Shown: positions 1-9,357 of the stretch, in pieces
Layout of the letters: each line of letters begins with the position of its first letter
Numbering within the stretch: the stretch's first letter is position 1
NCBI GenBank assembly: GCA_964434365.1
Contig: CAYSVE010000001.1
Location: forward strand, 4,013-62,629
Source: an uncultured Anaerolineaceae bacterium
GTDB taxonomy: Bacteria > Chloroflexota > Anaerolineae > Aggregatilineales > Phototrophicaceae
Length of the DNA: 58,617 bases
Direction: 5' to 3'
Position numbers and translations under genes: made by a program
Notes under the pieces: model-generated
The model's database searches: none
What the model saw: the letters and a program-made list of their open reading frames with translations, nothing else
Told to the model about the DNA's origin: nothing

Positions 1-546
1 GCAGAGGAAAGCTACGAGATGCTGGCAGTAGCCTACCACAGCGACGGCCAGACCTACGGCGACAACCCCGGCGCGATGGGCGAAGTCACGTTCACGCACG
101 TGATGGGTGCCTTCCCAGGCATGCAGGAATCTGAGACGGTTCTCAGCCTGCTGCCGGTGGTTCAGCCAGATGGCGTGCCCGAGATGGTGGGTGAGGAAGC
201 CTGGGCCGAGGCGGCTGTAATCGCCGTGGCCGAAGAAGTCGAGGACGCCTTCGAGATTACCGTATACGGCGCCAACCTCGTGGTCGATGGCCTGTACACC
301 ACCTGGGCTGTCAACGAGGGCACCTTCGGGATGCAAGTTGCCCCGGCGGGTGGCCTGCCCGATAACGAGTTCCGCGCCAACGAAGCGGGCTTCGGCATCA
401 ACGAAATCGTCATCGCCGCCGATGAGGTGCCGGACGCGCTCGCGCTGGCATACCACAGCGATGACCAGACCTACGGCGACAACCCCGGCCCCATGGGCGA
501 CACGTCCTTCACCCACGTGATGGGCATGTTCCCGGCTGCTGAGTAA
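1..546 (+). CDS. C-terminal part of a repeat-containing hypothetical protein (5' end outside window)
   Basis: The frame is open from nt 1 (AEESYEM...) to TAA at 544-546. It has two copies of the module AYHSDxQTYGDNPGxMG..(T/S)FTHVMGxFP spaced 139 codons apart. A hairpin plus T-tract follows. Confidence 0.6.
   Translation, partial: AEESYEMLAVAYHSDGQTYGDNPGAMGEVTFTHVMGAFPGMQESETVLSLLPVVQPDGVPEMVGEEAWAEAAVIAVAEEVEDAFEITVYGANLVVDGLYTTWAVNEGTFGMQVAPAGGLPDNEFRANEAGFGINEIVIAADEVPDALALAYHSDDQTYGDNPGPMGDTSFTHVMGMFPAAE
31..535. repeat. Intragenic duplication: near-identical ~88-nt segments at 31-118 and 448-535 (417-nt period)
   Basis: Both copies read directly: gc(c/a)taccacagcga...cagacctacggcgacaaccccggc...atgggcga...ttcac(g/c)cacgtgatggg. 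Confidence 0.8.
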
Positions 547-580
547 TTCGTCTGTAGCGCATATCACGGCTTATACAGGG

Positions 581-614
581 TCGGCCCTCGTGAGGGGGTC
601 GGCTCTTTATCTTT
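581..614 (+). terminator. Candidate intrinsic terminator of the partial CDS
   Basis: tcggccctc-gtga-gggggtcgg can form a ~9-bp stem (three G-U wobbles) with a GUGA loop. It is followed by ctctttatctttat. Confidence 0.45.
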
Positions 615-615
615 A

Positions 616-643
616 TGTAAGGCAACAAATGTAAGGCAACAAA
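616..643. repeat. 14-bp tandem direct repeat (tgtaaggcaacaaa x2)
   Basis: Read directly at 616-629 and 630-643, in the intergenic region between convergent genes. Confidence 0.8.
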
Positions 644-666
644 AAAAGCGAGGCCATTGGCCCCGC
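641..666 (-). terminator. Intrinsic terminator of the 693-1139 gene
   Basis: On the minus strand GCGGGGCC-AAU-GGCCUCGC (8-bp stem, one G-U) is followed by a run of seven U, about 27 nt after the stop. Confidence 0.6.
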
Positions 667-692
667 CCTATCGATTACGTCGCAACCCCGGC

Positions 693-1139
693 CTAAAACT
701 CAAGCGCGGTGACGGTCGTGCTCCATGCGTTGGTTTCGCCGTTGACCGTGTAGGTGCCCTCGCCACGCAGCCACACCCGACCGGTGCCCGTCGCCGTCAG
801 GTCAATCTCATCGCCGCGCAGGGCGACTGCTAAATGCTCACCGCTCACCGACGCGGTGCCGTCGAAGCCGCGAAACACGTAAACCGTGCCCCGGCTGGTT
901 TCGCGAACCTCACGTTGACCGTTGCCTGCAACCCCGATTTCGGCGGCGCCGGTGGTGTCGAGGATGGTGAGGAGGCCATTGCCCGTAAGGGTGATGTCGC
1001 ATTCGGCGCAGCGGACCTGCGCGCGGCCTTCGCCCTGTGCGGTGAGGGTACCGGTTCCGCTAGCGGTTTGTGCTAATGCCGGGACGGCCATCGCTGCTGC
1101 TAGCAGCCCAACAAGGAGTGCAACTGCAAATTTCTTCAT
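693..1139 (-). CDS. Secreted hypothetical protein
   Basis: Signal peptide MKKFAVALLVGLLAAAMAVPALAQ. The mature part is G/T-rich with a beta-strand-like pattern, and a terminator lies downstream. Confidence 0.7.
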   Translation of the reverse strand: MKKFAVALLVGLLAAAMAVPALAQTASGTGTLTAQGEGRAQVRCAECDITLTGNGLLTILDTTGAAEIGVAGNGQREVRETSRGTVYVFRGFDGTASVSGEHLAVALRGDEIDLTATGTGRVWLRGEGTYTVNGETNAWSTTVTALEF

Positions 1140-1232
1140 CGGTGTGAATCCCCGTAATCACTGTCATCTGACCGTATGATGCGGGGAAAGCGTCACCGAA
1201 GTTTTTGCGAGGTGTAAGCGCGTTGTAAAATC

Positions 1233-2468
1233 TCAGGCGACGGCCAGCTTGCGCTTGCGAACGTTGACCTCGGGCAGCAGCGTCCATGCTGTGATGGCCA
1301 CCACACCGAATAGCACCGCCGTCAGCGCGAAGGTGCCCCGGTAGCCGAATAACCCGGCGGCTACGCCACCTACGAGCGGCGCAATCGCACGGGCGCCCGC
1401 CACGATGGAGTTATCCAACCCATAAACGGAGCCTTCCTCGCCGCGCTCGGTGTACTGGGCCAGCAAGGCGCTCGGAGCCGTGAGCAACCCACCCAACGCC
1501 AGGCCCGTGAGCGCTTGCAACCCGACGAGTTGCCACACGGTCGTCACGAAGACCTGCGGAATGTACAGCAGCGTCGTGAGGATGCCCATCGAAATGATGA
1601 CGCTGCGATGGCCGATGCGGTCGCCGAGGTTGCCGAGGTAAACACCGCTGAGGGTCGCGCTCAGCGACGACACGGCGATCAACAGCCCGGCGTAAATGCT
1701 CTGGTTTTCGACCGTGGGCGGCAGAAGGCTAATCACGAACAGCGGTGCGATGGGGATAATCATCACGCGGCCTGCCGCCGACAAAAAGCGCATGAAGTAC
1801 ACCAGCCGTACCCCCGGCGCGGCCAGCACATGCCCCCACTGCTGCATGATGCTGGGGCGTTGCTGGTTCGTGTCGGTTTCGGGCACAAACTGTTCGTCGA
1901 TGAAGAAGTAGATGAGCACACCACTGAGGAACAACAGCGCGGATGTAAACACGAACGGCATGGCGTAGCCGTACTGGTCGGCGAGGTAGCCGCCGATGAG
2001 CGGCCCCACGGCCAACCCACTCCACAGGCCCACCTGGAGCAAGCCCATGGCAAAGCCGAGGCGCTCGCGCGGCACCTTCGCGGCGACAAGGGCGTTGTTC
2101 GCCGCAACCGTGCCGGTAATCAACCCCTGGATGCCGCGCAGCAGAATCAACTGTTCGGCGTTGTTGACGAAGCCCATCATAAACATGATGACCGTGCCGC
2201 CGAAGGCCGCGCGCATCACCATCGGTTTGCGCCCGATGCGGTCGGCAGCGGCCCCCCACAGCGGCGAGGCCAGCATCATGGTGAAGCCCTGCACACCGAT
2301 GACCAACCCGGCGAGTAGCTCGACCGGCAGGTCGAAGATGCTACCGAGGGAATCGACGTAGAGCGGAAAAAAGGGAAAGACGAGGGAAAAGCCGGTGGTC
2401 GCCATCACCTGCCCGAAGAAGACGACACCCAATACGATGTGCCACTCGGCGTGGCGCTTTGCAGTCAC
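1233..2468 (-). CDS. MFS transporter
   Basis: 411 aa with about 12 hydrophobic segments. It has the MFS loop motif GAAADRIGRKP and a second-half LGDRIGHR. Confidence 0.85.
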   Translation of the reverse strand: MTAKRHAEWHIVLGVVFFGQVMATTGFSLVFPFFPLYVDSLGSIFDLPVELLAGLVIGVQGFTMMLASPLWGAAADRIGRKPMVMRAAFGGTVIMFMMGFVNNAEQLILLRGIQGLITGTVAANNALVAAKVPRERLGFAMGLLQVGLWSGLAVGPLIGGYLADQYGYAMPFVFTSALLFLSGVLIYFFIDEQFVPETDTNQQRPSIMQQWGHVLAAPGVRLVYFMRFLSAAGRVMIIPIAPLFVISLLPPTVENQSIYAGLLIAVSSLSATLSGVYLGNLGDRIGHRSVIISMGILTTLLYIPQVFVTTVWQLVGLQALTGLALGGLLTAPSALLAQYTERGEEGSVYGLDNSIVAGARAIAPLVGGVAAGLFGYRGTFALTAVLFGVVAITAWTLLPEVNVRKRKLAVA

Positions 2469-2829
2469 AGGAACTCCTGACTGTTGCTTCGATCAACCAA
2501 AGGGCAGGGTACACCCAACCGGCAGGACCATTAAACCCCGGATGCAGCCCAATGTTGGGTTTCTCATAGGCTAATCATTCTGTGGAGGCGATGGGCGGGG
2601 AAGGCTTGGGGCGTGGCGCTACGGCGCGTCATCTTCGAAATCGAACCGCGTGGGGGCGCGGTGCACGCAGACATTGCACGACGCCAGGACTCGCCCGAAA
2701 CCGCCCTTACTCTCATATCAATTCAGTATTTACCCAGGTTGGATATATAGTGCTTCCAGCCAGTATTCTACAATAGTGGACGTTTCTATCCGTATTACGG
2801 GGCATTGCCCCAACCAAAGGAGCCACCCC

Positions 2830-3324
2830 ATGCCCGATATTGTGATTCGCCCGGTGCAGCCCGCCGACATCGCTACCCTGCACTGCGTCGTCGAGGCGGC
2901 CTTCGAGCCGATTTTTGCGTCGTTCAAGGGGATGATGGGGCCGACAATCTTCGCGTTCTTCTATCCCGACTGGCGACAGGTCCAGCGCACCCTCGTGAAT
3001 ACGCTCATCGCTGACGCTGACGCGCACGTGTGGGTCGGGGCTACCGACGGGGCGGTAGTCGGGTTTGTAAGCTACCGGCTGAAGCCAGAGATGGAGGGCG
3101 AGATCGAACTGCTTTTCGTCGACCCGGCGTACGAGGGTGGCGGCCTCGGCACAGCACTCAACGAATTTGCGCTGCAACAAATGCGCGCCGCCGGGATGAG
3201 GGTCGCAACGGTTGCCACAGGCGGCGACCCCGCCCATGCCCCTGCGCGCCGTAGTTACGAGAAGGTCGGCTTCAGGCCGATTCCGCAGGTGTGGTACATC
3301 AAAGCGCTGGAACATGAAGCGTGA
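2830..3324 (+). CDS. GNAT family N-acetyltransferase
   Basis: The start was moved to ATG 2830, preceded by aaaggag. It has a GNAT motif A-like VDPAYEGGGLGTAL and a C-terminal YEKVGF. The upstream part of the track ORF has no coding character. Confidence 0.85.
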   Translation: MPDIVIRPVQPADIATLHCVVEAAFEPIFASFKGMMGPTIFAFFYPDWRQVQRTLVNTLIADADAHVWVGATDGAVVGFVSYRLKPEMEGEIELLFVDPAYEGGGLGTALNEFALQQMRAAGMRVATVATGGDPAHAPARRSYEKVGFRPIPQVWYIKALEHEA

Positions 3325-3422
3325 GGGATTCGGCGAGAAGTGGCTTTCGATTTGGGGATCGCCGGGTAATCGATTTTCACCGCTCATTACATCTGCAAAC
3401 GTGATGCCATTCTGCCGAAGAA

Positions 3423-4292
3423 TTACGGCATCCGCTGTTCTGCAATGACGAAAAAATTCCCATTCTGGGGTGCAGTGTCTGGCTGTATCGGCGATAGTTC
3501 GGATGCCCTGCCGCGACGCGGGTCGGTGACGACAAAGAGGACGAAGTACTCGGCAAGCAATTGTAGAACGTCTTGAGCAGATTGCCCTGTAGTTTGCAAC
3601 CGCTTGGGGTGAATTTCGATGTAGAGCTTGTGCACTGTTTCTAGCAGTCGTCGCATCCCCCTCAGAACATCTAGCTCCGCCCCTTCTACGTCGATCTTGA
3701 CGAGATCGGGAAGCACACCCTCGCCTGTGAAGACAGAATCCAGGCGAACGCTATCGACGTCGATCTTTTCGGCTCCGCGACTTGCTGAGGTGGACTTCAA
3801 GCTAAGTGCTACCGACGATTGACTGTTGCGAAAGTAACTCAGCACCTGTTCGGTATCACTGACCGCTTGATTGTACAGATGGACATCGGTATCAGTCTTG
3901 TTCAACGCAACATTGGCCTGGAGCAACGAGAAATTTCGGTTGTCCATCTCAAAAGCGTGAACTTGACCACTCGACATCAACTGGAGAGCGATGCAGGTGT
4001 AGTAACCGAGGTTCGCTCCTATGTCGACGAAACAGTGCGCGTCTCTAATATCCTCGACCAACCGCAAGGTGACCGACGGTTCATGGAGACGGTTCCCACT
4101 ATAGCGTGGATAAAACCACTTATTGGCTACCTCGTCCTTGGTGGAAAAGCGTACTTGTTTGTCTCCAAGCGTGAGCACATAGTGTTCGCGGTTTTCGAAG
4201 ATGAGGAGCCGTGTAACGTTTCGAAGTGTTTTTCTCAGAAGCGGTGTTCTACGTCTGATCAAGCTCGTCAACTGTTTTGTGGTATCTTGCAC
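3423..4292 (-). CDS. FkbM family methyltransferase
   Basis: VDIGANLGYYT SAM-binding motif and KIDVEGAELDVLRG, typical of FkbM-type methyltransferases. Confidence 0.8.
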   Translation of the reverse strand: MQDTTKQLTSLIRRRTPLLRKTLRNVTRLLIFENREHYVLTLGDKQVRFSTKDEVANKWFYPRYSGNRLHEPSVTLRLVEDIRDAHCFVDIGANLGYYTCIALQLMSSGQVHAFEMDNRNFSLLQANVALNKTDTDVHLYNQAVSDTEQVLSYFRNSQSSVALSLKSTSASRGAEKIDVDSVRLDSVFTGEGVLPDLVKIDVEGAELDVLRGMRRLLETVHKLYIEIHPKRLQTTGQSAQDVLQLLAEYFVLFVVTDPRRGRASELSPIQPDTAPQNGNFFVIAEQRMP

Positions 4293-4554
4293 CGGTTTCC
4301 CCCCCCACTATACGAACCGCGTGTAACTCTACCAATCGAAATCATTGGCGTCAAACTAACCCGACCGTACGCGATGCCTAGTCTTGGGCAGCACTATGGC
4401 TCAGGTCGCGGGTGTGTTACCCCTTTGCTTGTGACAACGGGCTTATCTACCCGGTGCATCAAGGGTTTTGGAGCAAAGTTTTGATAATTGTTAAGTCAAA
4501 GACGCGTTTCGCCCCATTTCACATGTTATAATCCCTACAGACTGCGTCGAAGAC

Positions 4555-5283
4555 ATGAAGTATATTAAGGTTGAAAATAGTTTGAGCGAACCTGTCGCTA
4601 TTGTCACAGCCGCCAGCCAGGGGATGGGTGCAGCCTGCGCCCGCGAACTGGCAAACCGTGGGTACCGGCTTAGTTTGCTGGCGCGCTCGGCGGCTGTAGA
4701 GACAGTGGCAGCGGAGCTGAGCGCCATCACGCAGCGCGGCTCCATCACACACCCCGACACATTGGCCGCACTGGTAAGCAGCACGCTAGACACCTATGGG
4801 CGCATCGATGCTGTGGTGTGCAACACGGGGCACCCATCCAAGGGTGACCTGCTGGACCTGAGCGATGAAGATTGGCACCAGGGTATCGACTTGGTTTTGT
4901 TGAGTGTTGTGCGACTGGCACGTCTCATCACGCCGGTTATGCAGGCCCAGGGTAAGGGTGCGTGGGTGCATATTTCGGCCTTTGGTGCCGTAGAGCCAGG
5001 GCTGAAGTTCCCGGTTTCATCGACGATTCGGGCGGCGCTTTCGGCGTATACTAAGCTATATGCAGACCGTTACGCTGCTGAGAACATCCGTATGAACTGT
5101 GTATTGCCTGGCTTCATCAACACGCGGGACTTTGGTAACGAGGTCGTGGAGGGCATCCCCTTTAAGCGAACAGGGACTGTGGCAGAAATTGCCGAAACAG
5201 TCGCTTTTCTGCTCTCCGATGGCGCTGGGTATATCACCGGCCAAAACATACGAGTCGACGGTGGCATGACGCGCTCGATATGA
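4555..5283 (+). CDS. SDR family oxidoreductase
   Basis: N-terminal Rossmann motif VTAASQGMGAA, an SDR-like length of 242 aa, and C-terminal GQNIRVDGG. Confidence 0.85.
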   Translation: MKYIKVENSLSEPVAIVTAASQGMGAACARELANRGYRLSLLARSAAVETVAAELSAITQRGSITHPDTLAALVSSTLDTYGRIDAVVCNTGHPSKGDLLDLSDEDWHQGIDLVLLSVVRLARLITPVMQAQGKGAWVHISAFGAVEPGLKFPVSSTIRAALSAYTKLYADRYAAENIRMNCVLPGFINTRDFGNEVVEGIPFKRTGTVAEIAETVAFLLSDGAGYITGQNIRVDGGMTRSI

Positions 5284-5329
5284 TGGTCGACGGCCAGTAC
5301 AGCACCTATCACCAAGAAAGGCTTTTCAC

Positions 5330-6235
5330 GTGGTGAAATTCGCTCATATCGGCTTGCCAAAAGCCGCATCGAGCTTTTTACAGTGGGGCCTGTTCAGGTA
5401 TCATCCACAGTTGCATGTTGTTGGGCCATACCCAGAGTCACAGCCATTACTCGCCACTGTGGATGAACTCCGTAGGGATGATACGGCTGATGTGGAGGCG
5501 CTGGGGCAACAATTTCGGCAGTTGGCCGATGAGATGCTGGACCCTGACCGCATGTGGGGCGTTGCCGACGAGCGGTTGTCTGGCAATTTGTTGGCCGATA
5601 AACGCCGGGTGCGCAACGCCGAACGGCTGCGCATGATGTACGGAGACATTAAAATTGTGATGATCCTCCGTCACCCACTCACCTACTTGCGTTCGGCCTA
5701 TAATCAAAGCGTTCGCATCGGCGAGACAAAAACACTGAACCAGTTGATACGGGAAACCCAAAGCCGCGACGAGATCGGCATGTATGGCGTGATCAACTAC
5801 CCGGCTATGATCGAGTTGTATCAGGGGCTTTTCGGGAAGGACAATGTGCTGTACCTCCCGATGGAGTTTTTGCGCGAGGATGAAACAGGCTTTCTAACTC
5901 ACATTACCGATTTCCTGGCGATTGACCCAGGCACTGAAGAACAGCTATCGATGCAGAAGCGCAAGACGAACATCGGCGACACGACGATTACACTAGAGAC
6001 TTATCGCTTCTTCAACCGTTTTGGAGATCGGCGCGCCAACCCGATACGTTACCAGATCGCTCGTAAGGTTGCCCGACAGGTGCGCCATGTTATCGATCGG
6101 CCTCGGTGGGCGAGCAAGCGAGGCCCGGTGACCATGGCGGAAATTCGGCAGAGTGAGCCACTTGCTCATCTGTTACAAGACGAGCATTTCCTGCTTTGGG
6201 AAAATGAGCTAGAGCCATTCAATTACAAGTTTTAG
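5330..6235 (+). CDS. Sulfotransferase family protein
   Basis: PAPS 5'-phosphosulfate loop-like HIGLPKAASSFL near the N-terminus and a 3'-phosphate motif-like ILRHPLTYLRSAY. Confidence 0.7.
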   Translation: MVKFAHIGLPKAASSFLQWGLFRYHPQLHVVGPYPESQPLLATVDELRRDDTADVEALGQQFRQLADEMLDPDRMWGVADERLSGNLLADKRRVRNAERLRMMYGDIKIVMILRHPLTYLRSAYNQSVRIGETKTLNQLIRETQSRDEIGMYGVINYPAMIELYQGLFGKDNVLYLPMEFLREDETGFLTHITDFLAIDPGTEEQLSMQKRKTNIGDTTITLETYRFFNRFGDRRANPIRYQIARKVARQVRHVIDRPRWASKRGPVTMAEIRQSEPLAHLLQDEHFLLWENELEPFNYKF

Positions 6236-6244
6236 GATAACACG

Positions 6245-7225
6245 ATGTCCAAACCAATAGCCGATGTACCGACCGACCTTCACCTCTCATCCCCACTTCC
6301 GGCGGACCAAAACCCGGCAGCAGTTTACCTGGCCGGTTTGAGCACAGCCCGTTCGCGGCGCACAATGGTGAACGCGCTCCGGTCTATCATCGCGGTTATG
6401 ATGGGCCTTAAGGTTCGCGATGTCTCCGAAGAGCAAATGCTGATCATGAACTGGAACACCCTGCGCTACCAGCACACGGTGGCTATCCGCGCGCGCCTCA
6501 TCGAGCGCTATAGCGCGGCGAGCGCGAATCGGATGCTGTCGGCATTGCGGGGGGTGCTGAAGGAAGCGTGGCGGTTGGGGCAGATGTCTGCGGAGGACTA
6601 CCATCGCGCGGTGGACATCCAAAATGTGCGTGGCGAGACGGTGCCCGCCGGGCGCGAGGTTACGCAGGGCGAAATTTTGGCGCTCGTAGAGGGGTGCAAG
6701 CGCGATAGCTCGCCCTTTGGCAAGCGCGATGCGGCCATCATCGGCTTGTTGTACACGTGTGGCCTTCGGCGTACCGAAATCGTGAGCCTGAGCCGCCGCG
6801 ATGTGAACCTCGATAGCGGACGTATCGTGATTAAGCTGGGCAAAGGCAACAAACAGCGGACGGTTTTCGCGCAGGGGGGTGCCCTGCGTGCGATTGCCGA
6901 TTGGGTAGAGGTTGTGGGCAACATCGACCCCGACGAGGCGCTGTTTTTGCCGATTCGGCGCGATGGCACGCTGGAATACCGCCAGATGTCTACCCAGAGC
7001 ATCTACGATATGCTGCGGCGTAGGGCAAAGCAGGTGGGCATCCCGGCGTTCTCTCCGCACGATTTACGCCGCACCTTCGTGGGCGATATGCTAGATCGTG
7101 GTGTGGATATTGCTACGGTGGCCAACATCGCCGGTCACAGCTCGGTAGACACGACACGTCGCTATGACCGACGACCCGAAAAAACGAAACAGGATGCAGC
7201 AGCGCGCTTACTCTTCCCGTATTGA
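6245..7225 (+). CDS. Tyrosine recombinase / phage-integrase family protein
   Basis: N-terminal SAM-like domain and catalytic-domain motifs GLRRTEI, HDLRRTF and GHSSVDTTRRY. Confidence 0.85.
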   Translation: MSKPIADVPTDLHLSSPLPADQNPAAVYLAGLSTARSRRTMVNALRSIIAVMMGLKVRDVSEEQMLIMNWNTLRYQHTVAIRARLIERYSAASANRMLSALRGVLKEAWRLGQMSAEDYHRAVDIQNVRGETVPAGREVTQGEILALVEGCKRDSSPFGKRDAAIIGLLYTCGLRRTEIVSLSRRDVNLDSGRIVIKLGKGNKQRTVFAQGGALRAIADWVEVVGNIDPDEALFLPIRRDGTLEYRQMSTQSIYDMLRRRAKQVGIPAFSPHDLRRTFVGDMLDRGVDIATVANIAGHSSVDTTRRYDRRPEKTKQDAAARLLFPY

Positions 7226-9130
7226 TGCCACCGGCACCGGTTGCGATGGCGTTGCCTCGGCCAACTCGGTGAGGTACTGCAACGGCGGTACATCTGGCTT
7301 TAGGCCGCACTCGATGAGGTGATCGATACGGGAGAGAATTTCTTTCGGTGGCAGGTCGGTCATCCACTGAGACAACCGCGTGATGTGCGGGTGCTTGGTT
7401 TCGGTGGGCATCTCTGCCGAGTCGTATAGCTCTTCATAGAGCTTTTCGCCGGGGCGCGCACCAACCACCTTGATTTCGATGTCGGCGTGGGGGCGCATCC
7501 CGCGCAGGCGAATCATGCGTTCGGCGATGTCGACGATACGAACCAACTCCCCCATCTTCAGCACGAAGATGTCGTCGCCGGCGGTGAGGCATGCGGCATG
7601 AATCACCAGGTTTACCGCTTCGGCGATGCTCTTGAAGTTGCGCGTGATACGATCGTCGGTAATGGTGATCGGCCCACCTGCATCCAACTGTTTGTTGAAG
7701 GTGGGGACGACACTCCCCCGGCTGCCGAGTACATTCCCAAAACGCACCACAGTGAAGAGTGTATCGTGTGCGAATTCGTTCATCAGGGCGTGCATTTCCA
7801 GTTCGCACAGGCGCTTGCTGGCCCCCATAACACTGGTCGGGTTCACGGCCTTGTCGGTGGAAATGAGGACAAAGCGCTCGACCAGATGATAACGGGCCTG
7901 TTCGGCAACGATGCGGGTGCCCTTCACGTTCACACGAATGGCTTCTTCGGGGAAGGATTCCATCATGGGCACGTGCTTGTACGCTGCGGCGTGGAAGACG
8001 ATTTGCGGTCGGTAGGTGTCGAAAATTTCGGCAACAGCCTCTTCGCGGCTGACATCGACCAGCAGGCTAACCAGGTTGAGGTTTGGGAATTTGGTGCGTA
8101 GCTCGATATTGAGGTCGTGGAGGTTACTTTCGTTGTTGTCCAGTATAAGCAGTTGTGCTGGCTCGTAGGTGGCCATCTGGCGAGAAAGCTCTGAGCCGAT
8201 GGACCCGGCGGCCCCGGTTACGAGGACGCGCTTGCGCATGACGGGTTCCAGGTTTACGCCGTCATAGGCGCTAATCTGCCGCCTGCCGATGAGGTCTTGT
8301 GGTTGAACGTCGCGCAGGATGTTGCCATTGAGGCGTGCGTTGATCATCGCAAGGGTGTCGGGCACGACTTTGATGCGTGCCTGGCTTTGTTCGCAGTACC
8401 TGAGGATTTCGCGGAAATCTGGCCCGTCGATGTTATGGATGGCCAACACGATAAGATCGATGGAATGTGCTTCTGCGATGATGGGAATACTGTGGCGGTT
8501 GCCGAAGACGGGAACGCCTTCGACGTACATACCAAACTTTTCGGTGTCGTCATCGATGAAGCCAACAACGCGATGACGGTCGTTCTGTTGGCGGTGCTTC
8601 ATCCGCCAGGCGATGGTTTGCCCGGCTTCCCCGGCGCCTATGATGAGCACCCGTGTGGCATGTTTGGGGAATTCGTGGTTCCATACGGCACGCCAGCGCC
8701 ACTTGGCACCGCTTAGCATACGCGAGCGATACCGGACTGTGGTGGAGCCGAACATCAACAGCACATGCGCGAAAAAGATGACCGTGTATGGCAACGGTTG
8801 CGGTTCTACAATGCCATTAATCGCCAACATCACGAGCATCGAGACGCCAATCGCCTCCATGATGTTCGTTACATTGTGGCCGCTTGTTTGGTTCCAAAGA
8901 CGGTGATAAAGCCCCACTGAGTAAGACACCAAAATGGTGACAAATGCCCCAAGAAGGATGAACAACCATCTGTTGTAACCAGTTGGAAGATTGAGGGTTC
9001 TTGCGTAGTAGGCGGCGGCATAAGCGATAAATACGACTACAAGATCGATTGATGCCCACCTGAGCGCACGAATGACGCGGTTCTTCGAGATTTCCGGTGT
9101 TCGCACTCTAGACCATTCCGTTTGCAACAT
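7208..9130 (-). CDS. Membrane-anchored polysaccharide biosynthesis protein, CapD/PglF/WbpM-type NDP-sugar 4,6-dehydratase
   Basis: Four N-terminal TM segments, Rossmann motifs IIGAGEAGQ and VTGAAGSIGSEL, and the AAAYKHVPMME catalytic region. Confidence 0.9.
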   Translation of the reverse strand: MLQTEWSRVRTPEISKNRVIRALRWASIDLVVVFIAYAAAYYARTLNLPTGYNRWLFILLGAFVTILVSYSVGLYHRLWNQTSGHNVTNIMEAIGVSMLVMLAINGIVEPQPLPYTVIFFAHVLLMFGSTTVRYRSRMLSGAKWRWRAVWNHEFPKHATRVLIIGAGEAGQTIAWRMKHRQQNDRHRVVGFIDDDTEKFGMYVEGVPVFGNRHSIPIIAEAHSIDLIVLAIHNIDGPDFREILRYCEQSQARIKVVPDTLAMINARLNGNILRDVQPQDLIGRRQISAYDGVNLEPVMRKRVLVTGAAGSIGSELSRQMATYEPAQLLILDNNESNLHDLNIELRTKFPNLNLVSLLVDVSREEAVAEIFDTYRPQIVFHAAAYKHVPMMESFPEEAIRVNVKGTRIVAEQARYHLVERFVLISTDKAVNPTSVMGASKRLCELEMHALMNEFAHDTLFTVVRFGNVLGSRGSVVPTFNKQLDAGGPITITDDRITRNFKSIAEAVNLVIHAACLTAGDDIFVLKMGELVRIVDIAERMIRLRGMRPHADIEIKVVGARPGEKLYEELYDSAEMPTETKHPHITRLSQWMTDLPPKEILSRIDHLIECGLKPDVPPLQYLTELAEATPSQPVPVASIREE

Positions 9131-9357
9131 TCTGCTCCCCTTACCCTATCTGCTGCACAGCTTCTGCTGTCAAACTTTAACTTTATAAGAATCCTCTTTT
9201 TCACGTAACAATAGTCGCCATTCCCAATTTTTTCTTGCAGATAGTGTCATAGAACGGCAGATCAATAATTTAATGTTGTTTGAACATAATGCTCATCGCG
9301 CCTAGCAAGGATTATAGCATAGCGGTCGTCTTGAGCGAAAGCAAGCGACACCCTGAC

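Noticed and set aside
4527-4532. TATAAT hexamer 22 nt upstream of the SDR start as a promoter -10 element
   Set aside because: I could not pair it with a convincing -35 element. Promoter consensus for this lineage is uncertain, so the evidence is too weak to list as a feature.
6236-6244. Expected tRNA or att site next to the tyrosine recombinase
   Set aside because: The gene is flush against neighbouring CDS on both sides. I found no tRNA-like T-arm (GGTTCGAATCC-type) sequence anywhere in the window.
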